From assembly GCA_047150005.1 (NCBI GenBank), contig AP038806.1, positions 1,440,001-1,504,000 of the forward strand: a stretch of DNA of 64,000 nt, read 5' to 3'. The translations under genes were made by a program, and so were the position numbers. Positions 10,094 to 20,561 of this stretch are shown one piece after another. The notes under the pieces were generated by a model, which had not been told where the DNA came from, made no database searches, and saw nothing but the letters and a program-made list of their open reading frames with translations. Each line of letters opens with the position of its first letter. Positions within the stretch are counted from its first letter, which is position 1. Origin of the DNA: Nitrospira sp. (GTDB taxonomy: Bacteria; Nitrospirota; Nitrospiria; Nitrospirales; Nitrospiraceae).

Positions 10094-11254
10094 TCATGCC
10101 AACTTCGACAATCGTCTGCAGACTTCCTCAATGTCGGCGTCCGTCTTGGCATAGCTGAACCGGATGAAGCGACCGCCCATCGAGCCGGAGAAAAACGCCT
10201 CGCCCGGCACTCCCGCCACGCCGACGTTCTCCAACACATACAGAGCACGGTCCTTCCCGTTTTTCCCTGGAAGCCGTGATGCGTCGGCCAACACGTAGTA
10301 GGCCCCCTTCGGTACGGATGGCGTCAATCCCGCCTGCCTCAACGCACCGCAGAATCGATCCCGTTTGCTCTGATACTCCTTCGCGAGTTCCGCATAAAAC
10401 GAAGGGGGCAGTTCGCGGATCCCGGCCGCCACCCCGACTTGAAGCGGCGTCGGTGCGCACACATAGAGCAGATCGTTCATCGCGCCGATCGTCTTCGACC
10501 ATTCAGGCGCCGCCACGACATAACCGATGCGCCAACCGGTGACACTGAATGTCTTCGAATAGCCTCCGATCGTAATGGTTCTGTCGGCCATGCCCGGCAA
10601 GGAGGCCATGCTGACGTGCGACTGTCCGTCATAGAGAAAATATTCATAGATCTCATCGGTCAGCACGAGGAGATCGTGTTTACGGGCAAGGGCGGCGATG
10701 CCTTCGAGTTCGCACTGGTCGAACACCCTGCCGGACGGGTTTCCCGGTGAGTTCACGAGAATGGCCTTGGTGTTGGGCGTGATGGCCCGCTCTACTTCCT
10801 CGAGCGAGAGTGTCCATTCCGGCGGATGCATGGAGACGACCACAGGCACCGCCTCCACGGCGAGCAACGCGCTCAAGTGATACTGGTAATACGGCTCAAA
10901 GACGACGACTTCATCCTTCGGGTTGAACAGCGCGAGACAGGCGCAGTGGAACGCACCGGTCGCCCCCGCGCTGACCGTGATCTCAACCTCGGCATCAGCC
11001 CGAACACGGTTGTCCCTCGCCAACTTGTCGGCGATGGCCTGCCGCAGTTCGGCCAGCCCGTCGAATCGGGAATATGTGTTGTTTCCGTTCCGCATCGCCC
11101 GCTCTGCCGCCTGAATGACGACGGAAGGGACCGGCGTATCACAGACCCCCTGCGCCATATTCACCCCCCCGGCCCGTACGCAGGCCTGGGTCATGGCCCG
11201 AATTTCAGAATGCCCGAGCCGGGCCAATCGTTCATTGATGACAGTCCGTCCCAC
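10094..11254 (-). CDS. PLP-dependent aminotransferase class I/II
   Basis: NSPGNPSG, DEIYE, SKTFSVTGWRIGY (PLP lysine), IRFSY. Confidence 0.94.
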   Translation of the reverse strand: MGRTVINERLARLGHSEIRAMTQACVRAGGVNMAQGVCDTPVPSVVIQAAERAMRNGNNTYSRFDGLAELRQAIADKLARDNRVRADAEVEITVSAGATGAFHCACLALFNPKDEVVVFEPYYQYHLSALLAVEAVPVVVSMHPPEWTLSLEEVERAITPNTKAILVNSPGNPSGRVFDQCELEGIAALARKHDLLVLTDEIYEYFLYDGQSHVSMASLPGMADRTITIGGYSKTFSVTGWRIGYVVAAPEWSKTIGAMNDLLYVCAPTPLQVGVAAGIRELPPSFYAELAKEYQSKRDRFCGALRQAGLTPSVPKGAYYVLADASRLPGKNGKDRALYVLENVGVAGVPGEAFFSGSMGGRFIRFSYAKTDADIEEVCRRLSKLA

Positions 11255-11516
11255 CGCAATCCTCCTGGTGATGGTTTCGTCCCTTCTGGCAGAAGGCCAC
11301 CGAAAAGGTCAAGGTGGCTCAGCAGGCCGGTGGCAGGTATCCGTTTTCGCTAGGCAGTAGGCTCGTCTGTGATACAGTGCGCTGAAAGGGGCCGTTTCAT
11401 CCCTCCTCGGAAGTACCACGCCTGGGGAAGGCCTGATGCGAACTCATCGGCTAAGCTTGGTACCAGCGGATAGATGAGCCCGAACCTCGTTCAGGTGCGA
11501 AAGGCGGCCGGCAGAC

Positions 11517-11843
11517 ATGAGCGGGAATGAGGGACAGGATCGCCGGGGACGACGTCTGAAAGTCAGCCATCGTCTGTTCTTCTTCGGAGAAGACGAGTTC
11601 GAGGGGGAGGCGACGGTCCTAGACATCTCCACCGGAGGGTGCCAGGCCACTTCCCTGACGGAGGTGAAGTGCGGCATGGTCTTCAAACTGTCGCTCTTCC
11701 TGCAGGATCAGCCCTGGCCGCTCCGCATCGACGACAGCATCGTGCGCTGGGTCAAGGACCAGACCTTCGGGCTGGAATTCTTGGGGATTCGGCCGGCCCA
11801 GCGTGAACGGTTGCGGGCGATCCTGATGAAAGCCAAAGCCTAG
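11517..11843 (+). CDS. PilZ domain protein
   Basis: RRGRR and DISTGG motifs; VRW...FGLEF. Confidence 0.87.
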   Translation: MSGNEGQDRRGRRLKVSHRLFFFGEDEFEGEATVLDISTGGCQATSLTEVKCGMVFKLSLFLQDQPWPLRIDDSIVRWVKDQTFGLEFLGIRPAQRERLRAILMKAKA

Positions 11844-11907
11844 CCCGCCTGCGCCGACTCTTCTCCCTACGGGTGTTCCGCTCACGTTCCGCCGGCCTCA
11901 CCCTAAT

Positions 11908-12537
11908 TCACGACGCCGGACCCCACAAGGCTTCCAATCGCCGGGCGCGACCACACGTGGACTTGTAAAATTTGTACCGGATGGGATTCTTTCTGTAAAA
12001 ATCCTGGTGGTACTCCTCCGCCGAGTAAAACTCCGTTGCCTGCGCGATCTGAGTCACGATCGGCTCTTTGAATCGCTTCGACTGTTCGATCGCCCGCTTG
12101 GAATCCTCCGCCGCCCGTTTCTCTTCTTCGTTTCGATAGAAGATGGCTGCCCGGTACTGACTTCCGTGATCACAGAACTGCGCATTCGCCGTGAGAGGAT
12201 CGATGTTCCTCCAAAAGGCTTCCAGGAGCTGGTTGTAAGAGACCTTTGAAGGGTCATACTGGACTTCCACCGATTCGGCGTGGCCGGTCTGACCGGACGA
12301 CACGTCCTCATAGCTCGGATTCTTCACCGTTCCGCCCATGAATCCGGAAATGACCGCCATGACTCCGTCAACCTTCTCAAAGGCTTCTTCCATGCACCAG
12401 AAACATCCCCCTGCAAAATAGGCTTTCGCCCCCGTGGTCGGTTCCACAGTTGGACCCGCGGATACCGGAGAAATCGGCATACCAAAGGCCGTCTGCACTA
12501 CCGCCAACAGGACGAGCATCCGTAGTATGTGACGCAT
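11908..12537 (-). CDS. msrA: Peptide methionine sulfoxide reductase A with signal peptide
   Basis: FAGGCFWC, GHAESV, QYRAAIF, AEEYHQDFY; N-terminal hydrophobic signal from MRHILR. Confidence 0.94.
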   Translation of the reverse strand: MRHILRMLVLLAVVQTAFGMPISPVSAGPTVEPTTGAKAYFAGGCFWCMEEAFEKVDGVMAVISGFMGGTVKNPSYEDVSSGQTGHAESVEVQYDPSKVSYNQLLEAFWRNIDPLTANAQFCDHGSQYRAAIFYRNEEEKRAAEDSKRAIEQSKRFKEPIVTQIAQATEFYSAEEYHQDFYRKNPIRYKFYKSTCGRARRLEALWGPAS

Positions 12538-12681
12538 CAGAGAGCTCCGGGAACGATCTCGAACACCGTCAGGAAGCGCCTTATAGGTATCTACGAATTC
12601 TGTTTCGGAACGGATGTGCCGGCCGTCATCCGCGCTGACCCGGGCGGCCGCCATCACATCTGACGGAAGGCTGATCCAGAG

Positions 12682-13214
12682 TCAGAATCCCACCCAGGGT
12701 TCCGGTTCCTGCATGACCCGGCTGTCGTCTCGTTTGGCCCGTGTCAAGATGACATTGATGGCATCCTCAGGGGTCTGCACACTGGATACCAACTTGCCGC
12801 CCAGGTTCCTAAAAAATTTGTCCTCCGCCGGGGTGGCACCCAGGAGGATCACGTTCTTTCCAGCCTTGAGGGCAAGCGCAACTTCCGACACCGTTCCGGA
12901 CCCGCCCAGGCCGCATGCGACGATCACTTGGCTGGACAGCACGCAGACATTGTTCCTGGCATTGCCCATTTCGGTGATCACGGCCACGTCGACATATTTC
13001 GATATTCGATCCTTTGTCGACGGCAGCACACCGACGGTCAGGCTTCTGGCCACTTTTTTCGCTCCTTGATTCGCCGCGTGCATCACCCCGACATCACGCC
13101 CGCCGGTCAGGAGCACCCATTCTGGCGCGCGATCAGCTCTCCGAGCGCCCGAGCGTTCTCAATGTCCTTTCTCCTGGCTTTGGCCGGCCCCATGACACCG
13201 ACAATGTACCGCAC
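12682..13214 (-). pseudogene. TIGR00725/LOG-like nucleotide-binding protein with a 1-nt frameshift near 13122 (pseudogene or sequencing error)
   Basis: Frame A from GTG 13214: MRYIVGVMGPAK...ARALGELIAR; frame B continues EWVLLTGGRDVGVM...ARNN...GGSGTVSEVALA; the frames are offset by 98 nt between GTGs. Confidence 0.75.
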
Positions 13215-13291
13215 GCCGCGCCCCCTTCACTCATTCCGCCACGAACGATTGTAGCCGGTCGCCCGATTCGTTTGCCAAGAAATACCGCGGT

Positions 13292-14944
13292 TCAGAATCT
13301 GGAGGCGGCCAACGTCACGTCGGCGTAGCTCCAGGCGGCCTGGAACCGGCGCTCCGCATCCGTCGCCTCTTCGTCCTTCTGCTGCGCCTTCAAGCTTTGT
13401 CCCAGTCCGAACAGCGCCCACCCGTTCTCCGGGAACCGCTTTAAATCCGCGCGGTAGACCAGCTCGGCTTCCGCGGGACGATGCGCCATCAGCAGGACGG
13501 TGCCGAGATACAGGCGGGTCGAGAGAGGCCACAGGGGCGGTTCCGAGTACTGCATAGCGTCTTCGATTTTGACTGCTTCCTGGAGGGCACGGACCGCCTC
13601 GTCGTAGCGCCCGTGACGCGCCGCCAGATCACCCGCGAGCAGCCGTTCGGCGATCTTGAGCTGATCCCGTTCAATCTTTTCCTGCGGCAGACGCGTCCGG
13701 CGAATCTGCTTCGTAAGCCCGGCCAAGGCATAGTGTTCCCCCGCTGCGCCGGGCAGCCGCCCGGTCGCGGACAGCGCCAAGCCGCGTCCGAGCCGCCAGA
13801 CACCTTCCATGAGGCGGAACCCACGAGGCGGAGGCGGCTCCTTGAGAAGATCCTCCCAGTGACCGAAACGGATCCAGGCGAAGAGCTTGGAGGGCAGATA
13901 TTGTTCTTTCGAGCGATCCTTGCGGGCTGCTTCCTCGGTGATCGTGGCCAGGAGCGAGCCGGAGATCTTGATCGATTCCGCGCTCCGTCCTTCCATCATC
14001 AGTGACGACCACAGAAAATGGAGGTTGTGGCTGTAGTACCCATCGGCATAGTCGCCGGCCAGGTGATGCTCGGCGAGATACGTCTCGTCGACATGCGCGG
14101 CTTGGGCGTTGCGCTCGGCCGATTCGTGATATTTTCCGACTCTCGCATAGATGTGGGCGGGCATGTGGACGAGATGGCCGGCCCCCGGCATGAGATCGGC
14201 CAGCCGGTCGGCGCAGGTGAGCGCCCGCGCAGGCTGCGGCGATGCTTCGACGGCGTGAATGTAATAATGGCAGGCGCCAGGATGGTCTGGATGCTGGGCC
14301 AGCACCGTCTCGAGTGTCGCGACGATCTCTTCCGTTCCAGGCTTGGGCTTGCCGTCCGTCGTCCACAAATCCCACGGCCGAAGATTCATCATGGCCTCGG
14401 CGAACAGGACGCCGGCATCGGGGTCGTCCGGGTAGCGCCGCCGGACGAGCCTCATCGCATCGGCATAGGCTTTGGCGAGCGAGTTCCGTCCGATTCCTTT
14501 CGTGACGACATACCGTTTGGTCAGGGCTTCGATATAGGCGCGTTCCCGTTCGCCGGCCTGATCCATTCGACTCCGGGCCTGCCTGACAGCCTCGACTGCG
14601 CGCCGCTCTTGGTCCTTCCCCATGCCGGCGTTGATATTGGGGCCCAGCGCCAGCGCCACACCCCAGTATGGCATGGCCGCCTGCGGATCTTGTTCGGACG
14701 CCTCTTCGAACGATCGGATCGCTTCCTCATGGTTGAAGGCGTAGACCAGCCGAAGTCCCTGATCGAAATACCGTTGGGCCGATTGCGACGTGGTGGAAAT
14801 CGGGTGATGCAGCGTGCCGAGGTTCTCGAAAATTGGCGCAGCGGCCTGCACCTGTGCGCAGGTCAGCAGGAGAGTGAGGGTGCCCACTGTCGGACAGAAC
14901 ATCCGGCTGCGGCGATGCCGCGAATGCGCGTTATCGGACGACAT
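13292..14944 (-). CDS. Exported TPR-like helical repeat protein
   Basis: Signal peptide; AQRYFDQGL..YAFNHEEA, HPGACHYYIH, HLVHMPAHIY, PENGWALFGL helical repeats. Confidence 0.82.
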   Translation of the reverse strand: MSSDNAHSRHRRSRMFCPTVGTLTLLLTCAQVQAAAPIFENLGTLHHPISTTSQSAQRYFDQGLRLVYAFNHEEAIRSFEEASEQDPQAAMPYWGVALALGPNINAGMGKDQERRAVEAVRQARSRMDQAGERERAYIEALTKRYVVTKGIGRNSLAKAYADAMRLVRRRYPDDPDAGVLFAEAMMNLRPWDLWTTDGKPKPGTEEIVATLETVLAQHPDHPGACHYYIHAVEASPQPARALTCADRLADLMPGAGHLVHMPAHIYARVGKYHESAERNAQAAHVDETYLAEHHLAGDYADGYYSHNLHFLWSSLMMEGRSAESIKISGSLLATITEEAARKDRSKEQYLPSKLFAWIRFGHWEDLLKEPPPPRGFRLMEGVWRLGRGLALSATGRLPGAAGEHYALAGLTKQIRRTRLPQEKIERDQLKIAERLLAGDLAARHGRYDEAVRALQEAVKIEDAMQYSEPPLWPLSTRLYLGTVLLMAHRPAEAELVYRADLKRFPENGWALFGLGQSLKAQQKDEEATDAERRFQAAWSYADVTLAASRF

Positions 14945-14977
14945 GCAACGAGTTGATCGGCGGAACGCTGGTCGTGC

Positions 14978-16318
14978 TCAAAATCGCGTCACGCTCGAGA
15001 AGTTGAAATCACGGATCAGCATCGCCGGGACGAGCGACTTGCTTGTCTCGGACGTGACGGCCTCGGCCGGCTCCGTGCAGGATTCCAGTTGCGTAAAGGC
15101 CCGAAGCGGGCTCTCGTGAAACCGCAAGTTCTTGACCGGCGCCACGATTTGGCCGTCCTCCACGAGAAACGTTCCGTCCCTGGTCATCCCCGTCAGCGTC
15201 AGGTCCGAAGGATTCGCGACCCGAATATACCAGAAGTTGGTCACCAGTATGGCTCGGTCGGTCTGTTTGACGAGATCCTGAGTTTTCGCCGCCGACGGTT
15301 TGGAATCCGACAGGAACGGGGCTTCCATCGTCGGAACGACCGCGATGCCATGGCGCAGAGCGGTGAACCGGTCGTAGGACAGCTGTCTTAACGTCCCGTT
15401 GTCGACCCAGGTCGTCGTCTCGCTGGGCAGCCCTTCGGACGTGAACCCGACTCCAAGGAGATCGGCGTGATCGGGAAGATTACGGAGCGTGAGCCGCTCG
15501 TTGAAGACCGGCCGGCCGAGCTTGCCGCTAAACGGGCTGGTCCCTTTGTCGTAGTCCTTGGCATCCAAGGTCCAGAGCACCCACGACAACAACCCCGCCA
15601 CTGCGGCGGGCTCAAGAATGACCGGATACCGGCCCGGCGGCAGTTCCCTGAACTCGCGACCCCGCTTGGCTTTCCCGATCGCCGCGAGCGTGCGCTCCTG
15701 AACTCTGAGATGATCCAGCGAACGGTGCGCCGCGGCGTTCCATCCCGTCGCCTCACCTGCCTGAACCGTGACGCCGAACCGCGCCTCAGTCCGTTCCTCG
15801 AAAGCGAATAGTCCGTTGCTGGCCGCAATGCCGACGGTGGAGAGGGACGAGGAGACGATCCCGGCTGCCAGGAGATTTTCAATGCGGCATTGCCCGATCG
15901 CTTCGTTGGCATATTCGAGCCGGCGCGCCGGCCCTGCAGCGACGGTCTCCGGCCGGGCGGTGGCGCGATGCGGGAACGTCGTCTGCTCCGGGGGCGGCAG
16001 GTACTCCGGATCCTTGGGAGACAGTCTGGCGACCTGCTCGGCCCTGGCGACGAGGTTGTTGATCGCTCCGGCCGTGAAGTCGGTCGTGCTGGCCGTGCCC
16101 CGCCGGCCTTCAAGCGCGACCGTCACCGTCAAGATTCCTCGTCTCGCGTCCACGTTCTGGATGACCTGGCTGTTGGCGAACCTGGTCGTCCCGCCGTGGT
16201 GATCGTGGAGCACCACGGTCGTCGCGTCCCCCGCCGAGCGACGGAACACCAGATCGGCGAGAAAACGAAACTCCTCGCGGCCGGTCATCCGGGGCCATGA
16301 TTTACCCGTCACGTTCAC
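14978..16318 (-). CDS. TldE/PmbA family protein (start approximate)
   Basis: TRFANSQ, PGRYPVILEPAAV, LTGMTRDGTFLVEDG, NLRFHES, FNFSS; directly follows TldD. Confidence 0.87.
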   Translation of the reverse strand: MNVTGKSWPRMTGREEFRFLADLVFRRSAGDATTVVLHDHHGGTTRFANSQVIQNVDARRGILTVTVALEGRRGTASTTDFTAGAINNLVARAEQVARLSPKDPEYLPPPEQTTFPHRATARPETVAAGPARRLEYANEAIGQCRIENLLAAGIVSSSLSTVGIAASNGLFAFEERTEARFGVTVQAGEATGWNAAAHRSLDHLRVQERTLAAIGKAKRGREFRELPPGRYPVILEPAAVAGLLSWVLWTLDAKDYDKGTSPFSGKLGRPVFNERLTLRNLPDHADLLGVGFTSEGLPSETTTWVDNGTLRQLSYDRFTALRHGIAVVPTMEAPFLSDSKPSAAKTQDLVKQTDRAILVTNFWYIRVANPSDLTLTGMTRDGTFLVEDGQIVAPVKNLRFHESPLRAFTQLESCTEPAEAVTSETSKSLVPAMLIRDFNFSSVTRF

Positions 16319-16326
16319 GCGCGACT

Positions 16327-17781
16327 CTATCCCTTGATGACGTCGACTTGCCGGAACCGCGCCGGCGAGGCGGCGTGCGTCATCCAGCCGGACTGGCCCG
16401 GCTGGCCCTTTCCACAAGTAATGAATCCGAATCGACGACGGTGGGTCCGATCGGCGACGCCGTCGCATCGTCCCCAGAACTCCGGCGTGATCCCATGATA
16501 GATCACATCGCGCAGCATGTGCGTACGCTTGCCGTGCTCGATCAACCAAAAGGCGTCGCCTCCGAATTGGAAGTTGTACCGCCGCTGGTCGATGCTGTAC
16601 GACCCGTGCCCTTCGATGTAGATGCCCTTCTTGATGTCGCCGATCAAGTCGTCCAAGCCGGCCGTGCCGGACTCGAGTCCGATGTTCGCAATCCGGACGA
16701 TCGGCACGCTTCCCCACCCCTCGGCCCGATTGGAGCCGCGCGAGCGCGTCTCGCCGATCTTCGACGCCGTTTCTCGATTTGTACAGTATCCGACGAACAG
16801 GCCGTCCCGCACGATGTCCCATCTCTGACAAGCGACGCCGTCGTCGTCATAACCCGTCGCCGCTAAGGTCTCCGGCTCGGTATTGTCCGCGACCAGGGAG
16901 ACGCTCGGCGAGCCGAAGCGGAAGCTCCCGCGCTTGTCGGGGGTGAGAAAGCTCGTACCGGCATAGTTCGCCTCGTAGCCCAACGCGCGATCCAGTTCGC
17001 TCGGATGACCACATGACTCATGCATGGTCAACGAAAGATGCTCGGCGTCCAGGACGAGGTCGTAGCGCCCCGGCTCTACTGCCGGGGCCCGCACCTTTTC
17101 GGCCGCCTGAGTGGCGATGCGCGGGGCTTCCGCGAGCAGTCCGGCATCTTCGATCAGCTCGTATCCGGTCCGCAAATGGGGCGTACTGAAACTGCGCGAC
17201 GCAAACCGGCCGTCGTGCCGCGCGACGGCGGTAAACTCTCCCTGCACCGCCAGGAGATCGAAATCGAGTTGCGAGCCTTCGGTCGACAAGAACAGTTTCC
17301 GGTCCCGTCGAGCCCAGAGGACAGCACGGCTTCGGACGACTTCGGCTTGGCGGTGGACGTACTCCATCACCTCGCACAGCAGGGTGGTCTTGTGTTCGAG
17401 CGGGACGCCGAACGGATCGATGCGGAAGGGAGTCTCGACGCTGGCGCGATGCACCGGTTCTTCGACCAGGACCACCTTCTCCCGAGCCAGCGAGGAAGAG
17501 CCGCGGGCGATCTCCACCGCCAGGTCGGCTACGCGCGGGACCTCTTCAAGCGACAAGACGGAACTCGCCGCGAACCCCCAGCCGCCATGATAAAGAACGC
17601 GGATGCCGAAGCCGGCATCCTCGATGTCCCGGATGGACGCAATTCGGCGATCCTCGCCCTCGAGGTGCTGGGTGAGGCTGTGCTGAACACGCACGTCGCC
17701 GTAGTCCGCCCCTGCGGCCCGGATGCGGGCCAAAGCCAATTCGGCAAGCTCCATCCAATTCGTCGTCATCGCCATGAGCAC
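16327..17781 (-). CDS. tldD: TldD family metalloprotease
   Basis: GFGIRVL..GGWGFA, HESCGH (HExxxH), DDDGV, CGKGQP C-terminal motif. Confidence 0.9.
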   Translation of the reverse strand: MLMAMTTNWMELAELALARIRAAGADYGDVRVQHSLTQHLEGEDRRIASIRDIEDAGFGIRVLYHGGWGFAASSVLSLEEVPRVADLAVEIARGSSSLAREKVVLVEEPVHRASVETPFRIDPFGVPLEHKTTLLCEVMEYVHRQAEVVRSRAVLWARRDRKLFLSTEGSQLDFDLLAVQGEFTAVARHDGRFASRSFSTPHLRTGYELIEDAGLLAEAPRIATQAAEKVRAPAVEPGRYDLVLDAEHLSLTMHESCGHPSELDRALGYEANYAGTSFLTPDKRGSFRFGSPSVSLVADNTEPETLAATGYDDDGVACQRWDIVRDGLFVGYCTNRETASKIGETRSRGSNRAEGWGSVPIVRIANIGLESGTAGLDDLIGDIKKGIYIEGHGSYSIDQRRYNFQFGGDAFWLIEHGKRTHMLRDVIYHGITPEFWGRCDGVADRTHRRRFGFITCGKGQPGQSGWMTHAASPARFRQVDVIKG

Positions 17782-17847
17782 ACCAGACCGTTCCGACGCC
17801 CAGTATACCAGGAGACGGGCCCGTTCGGCCGCGAGGAATGTGACGAC

Positions 17848-19386
17848 TTAGATGCCGGTGCCGGTGCGCGTAGCTTCGACAAACCGCTCGGTCGATTCGT
17901 CGAGGGCGCGCCCTTTCCGACCTTTCGGCGGCAAGATGTACAGAAGCGTCGAGTTCCCCGGCGCAGCCCCCGGCAGGGACATTTCGTAGGACACCGGGCG
18001 CTGATGGTCGGCCATCTGCAGTCTGGGGTCATAGACGCTGTTAAACTTCCACAGCATTTTCACGAAATTCGTCTGACCCCGCAGCAGATGTCCGGCCGCA
18101 AGTTTCGCCGTGGATTTGAGCGCCGTCCAACCCAGATGCTTCTTGTTGAGCACCTGTTGGGTCTTGACCAACTCGTCGTAGAACTCCGGAAGCGGCAGCC
18201 TGGTCGGCAGCACCGCGTGCTGAATGTCGAAGAGGCGATAATCGCGCGTCTTGAACTTGCGAGACTCGGTGTGCCAGCTCTCGGTGCCGGGATATGGGGT
18301 ATTGACGCTGATGTTCACGATTTCGGGGATCTCCAAACACCATTGCCGAATCACTTCGAACCGTTTCCGATCCCAGTCGGGATCGGCGATCAGATTGATG
18401 GCCACGGTGATGCCGAGGGACCGGGCGAATTCCAACGCCTCGAAATTGCGTCCCAAGGAAATGCGTTTCCGGTGCATCCGGAGGCCTTCCTCGTCGATCG
18501 CCTCCACCCCCAGAAACATGTATTGCAGGCCCAGCGTCTTCCAGAACTTGAAGACGTCCTTGTTGCGCAGCAAGACGTCGCCGCGCGTTTCGAGATAATA
18601 CTGTTTCTTGATCCCCCGACGCGCGATCGCCTCGCCGATTTCGAATCCCTGCTTCGCTTGAATGAACGCCACGTCGTCGACCAGAAAAATCCCCGGCTCG
18701 TCCACCCTCGAAAGATCCTCGATTGCCTTTTCGGGACTGACCGTCCGGTAGCTGCGGCCGTAAAACGTCCAGGCGCTGCAGAAGGAACAATCCCAGGGAC
18801 ACCCGCGCGCAAACTCGATTGAGGCGCAGGGGTCCAGCACGCCGATCAAATACTTCCGCCGGTGGCGGACTAGGTCCCGTGCCGGACGCAAGTCGTCCAG
18901 ACTGTCCACGAACCGCGGAGGCGGACCCTCGCCGTCGAGGGTCACCGCCCCGGGAACGGTCGCCACGGCGGTCCGGTCATGCTCCACCGCCTGCAGCAAC
19001 AGAGGAACCGAGACTTCACCTGCCCCCTTGAGCACACAATCGATCGCCCCTTCGGCATGCCGGAGCAGATCACGCGCCACGAACGAGGCGCTGTGGCCGC
19101 CGACGAACACAAACGTGTTCGGCGCCTGTTGCTTGGTCGATTTAGCGAGGTCCACAATCTCCGGCACGTTCGCCAAGTAATTGCATGAAAAAGCGACCGC
19201 ATCAGGTTTCCAGGTTCGCACGAGCGCAAAATAGTCCTTCCATGTTTCCACCTGCAGATCGATCAGCCGAACCGCGTGCCCCATCTGACGAACGGCTTGG
19301 GCAACCAGCTCAAGCCCCAACGGCTCCAGTCGCAGGTAAATTTTCGTGTACATGAGAGGACCAGGATGAACGGCGAGAAATTTCAT
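17848..19386 (-). CDS. hpnR: Hopanoid C-3 methylase (B12-binding radical SAM)
   Basis: N-terminus MKFLAVHPGPLMYTKIYLRLEPLGLE, CNYLANVPE, RGCPWDCSFC (CxxxCxxC), LFDIQHAVLPT, GQTNF match HpnR as I recall it. Confidence 0.88.
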   Translation of the reverse strand: MKFLAVHPGPLMYTKIYLRLEPLGLELVAQAVRQMGHAVRLIDLQVETWKDYFALVRTWKPDAVAFSCNYLANVPEIVDLAKSTKQQAPNTFVFVGGHSASFVARDLLRHAEGAIDCVLKGAGEVSVPLLLQAVEHDRTAVATVPGAVTLDGEGPPPRFVDSLDDLRPARDLVRHRRKYLIGVLDPCASIEFARGCPWDCSFCSAWTFYGRSYRTVSPEKAIEDLSRVDEPGIFLVDDVAFIQAKQGFEIGEAIARRGIKKQYYLETRGDVLLRNKDVFKFWKTLGLQYMFLGVEAIDEEGLRMHRKRISLGRNFEALEFARSLGITVAINLIADPDWDRKRFEVIRQWCLEIPEIVNISVNTPYPGTESWHTESRKFKTRDYRLFDIQHAVLPTRLPLPEFYDELVKTQQVLNKKHLGWTALKSTAKLAAGHLLRGQTNFVKMLWKFNSVYDPRLQMADHQRPVSYEMSLPGAAPGNSTLLYILPPKGRKGRALDESTERFVEATRTGTGI

Positions 19387-19514
19387 ACCGGCAGACCGCG
19401 AAGCGGGAAAGACTTGTCGCTCCAAAGCTTACGTCCCGGCAAATTCTGACAGAATCGAGAGAGCTCCTTCAACCAAGAAACCGAACCCGCGCCGCGTGGC
19501 CACAAGGGCTTCTC

Positions 19515-20561
19515 CTAGTAGCCTATTTGATTCCAAAGTGTCTGCGGGTCATCCGAACCGGATTTCCCCAAGATCGACCGCGCCACGTCCGTGCGATCGG
19601 TGAAGAATCCGTCCGCTCCGCTCAGAGTCACCATCCACATTTCCCACCGTTCGTTGATCGTCCAGGGATGGACGAACAAGCCGGCCCGATGAGCCTGGCC
19701 CGTGTGCCAGGGCCAGGTAGTGAGATACCGTCTGGGGGCGGCCGAGACGGACCAGTACGGGCTGAAGGCCCACCTGACGCCCCACGTCCCGACGCCGGAA
19801 CCGACGTCCGACGCGATCTTCATCAAGGAGTCGAGCCCCTCCCGGCTCACCATGATCTCATCGAGCAGGAGCAGTCGAGGAACTAGAGGGGCGAGCGCTT
19901 TCAGTCGAACGAGGCTGTTCGGCTCGAACGACTGAAAAATCACACGGCCGGACGGTGACCCTTCGCGATCCTCGATCCACCCTCGTTTCCTGAGGGCAGC
20001 AACCAGCTGTTCTTCGATCCCCGGGAACCGGCCGGGGGCTTTCGTCTCGATATAGAGACCTGGACGCCTGGTCCCCGACTCCGCCACGGCGATGACCTCG
20101 TCCATCCGGAGGATCCGCAGTCCCTCAAACGAACTGCGCGCCCGATCGGGAAAGGCTCGATTGAACCAGGATCCCGCATCGAGCTGTGCCAGCTCCGCAA
20201 AGGTGAACATGTCTATGGTGTCTTTCTCGCGTCCGGGAAAGACGTCCGCCACGTTGGTCGTACGGGACAAATCGTCGTCGTGCACGACGACCAATGTGCC
20301 GTCTTTCGTCCGTTGAAGGTCGATCTCCAGATAGTCCGCGCCGAGCTCCCGAGCCATCAGATAGGCAGGCACCGTGCTTTCCGGAGCCAGATATGAAGCG
20401 CCACGGTGGGCGATGACGGCGGGACGGGGAATGTTCAGAGCCTTGGCCACTCGCTTCCCTCTGGTGGTTCCGCCCAGAATCCCGCAGGCTAACCACAGCC
20501 CTATGGCCAGCATGACCGCGGCGGACACGGCCACGAGCGATACCTTCAGACCCGGACTCAT
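19515..20561 (-). CDS. Glycerophosphodiester phosphodiesterase
   Basis: IAHRGAS..APEST, YLEIDLQRTKDG.LVVVHD, YIETK, QSF, ADGFFTD. Confidence 0.92.
   Translation of the reverse strand: MSPGLKVSLVAVSAAVMLAIGLWLACGILGGTTRGKRVAKALNIPRPAVIAHRGASYLAPESTVPAYLMARELGADYLEIDLQRTKDGTLVVVHDDDLSRTTNVADVFPGREKDTIDMFTFAELAQLDAGSWFNRAFPDRARSSFEGLRILRMDEVIAVAESGTRRPGLYIETKAPGRFPGIEEQLVAALRKRGWIEDREGSPSGRVIFQSFEPNSLVRLKALAPLVPRLLLLDEIMVSREGLDSLMKIASDVGSGVGTWGVRWAFSPYWSVSAAPRRYLTTWPWHTGQAHRAGLFVHPWTINERWEMWMVTLSGADGFFTDRTDVARSILGKSGSDDPQTLWNQIGY

Noticed and set aside
11255..11516. Possible c-di-GMP riboswitch upstream of the PilZ gene
   Set aside because: Small hairpins only; the GEMM-type consensus elements were not found
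13292..19386. TldD/TldE plus radical SAM as a RiPP biosynthetic cluster
   Set aside because: The radical SAM is HpnR-like, and no precursor peptide, YcaO or dedicated transporter was seen
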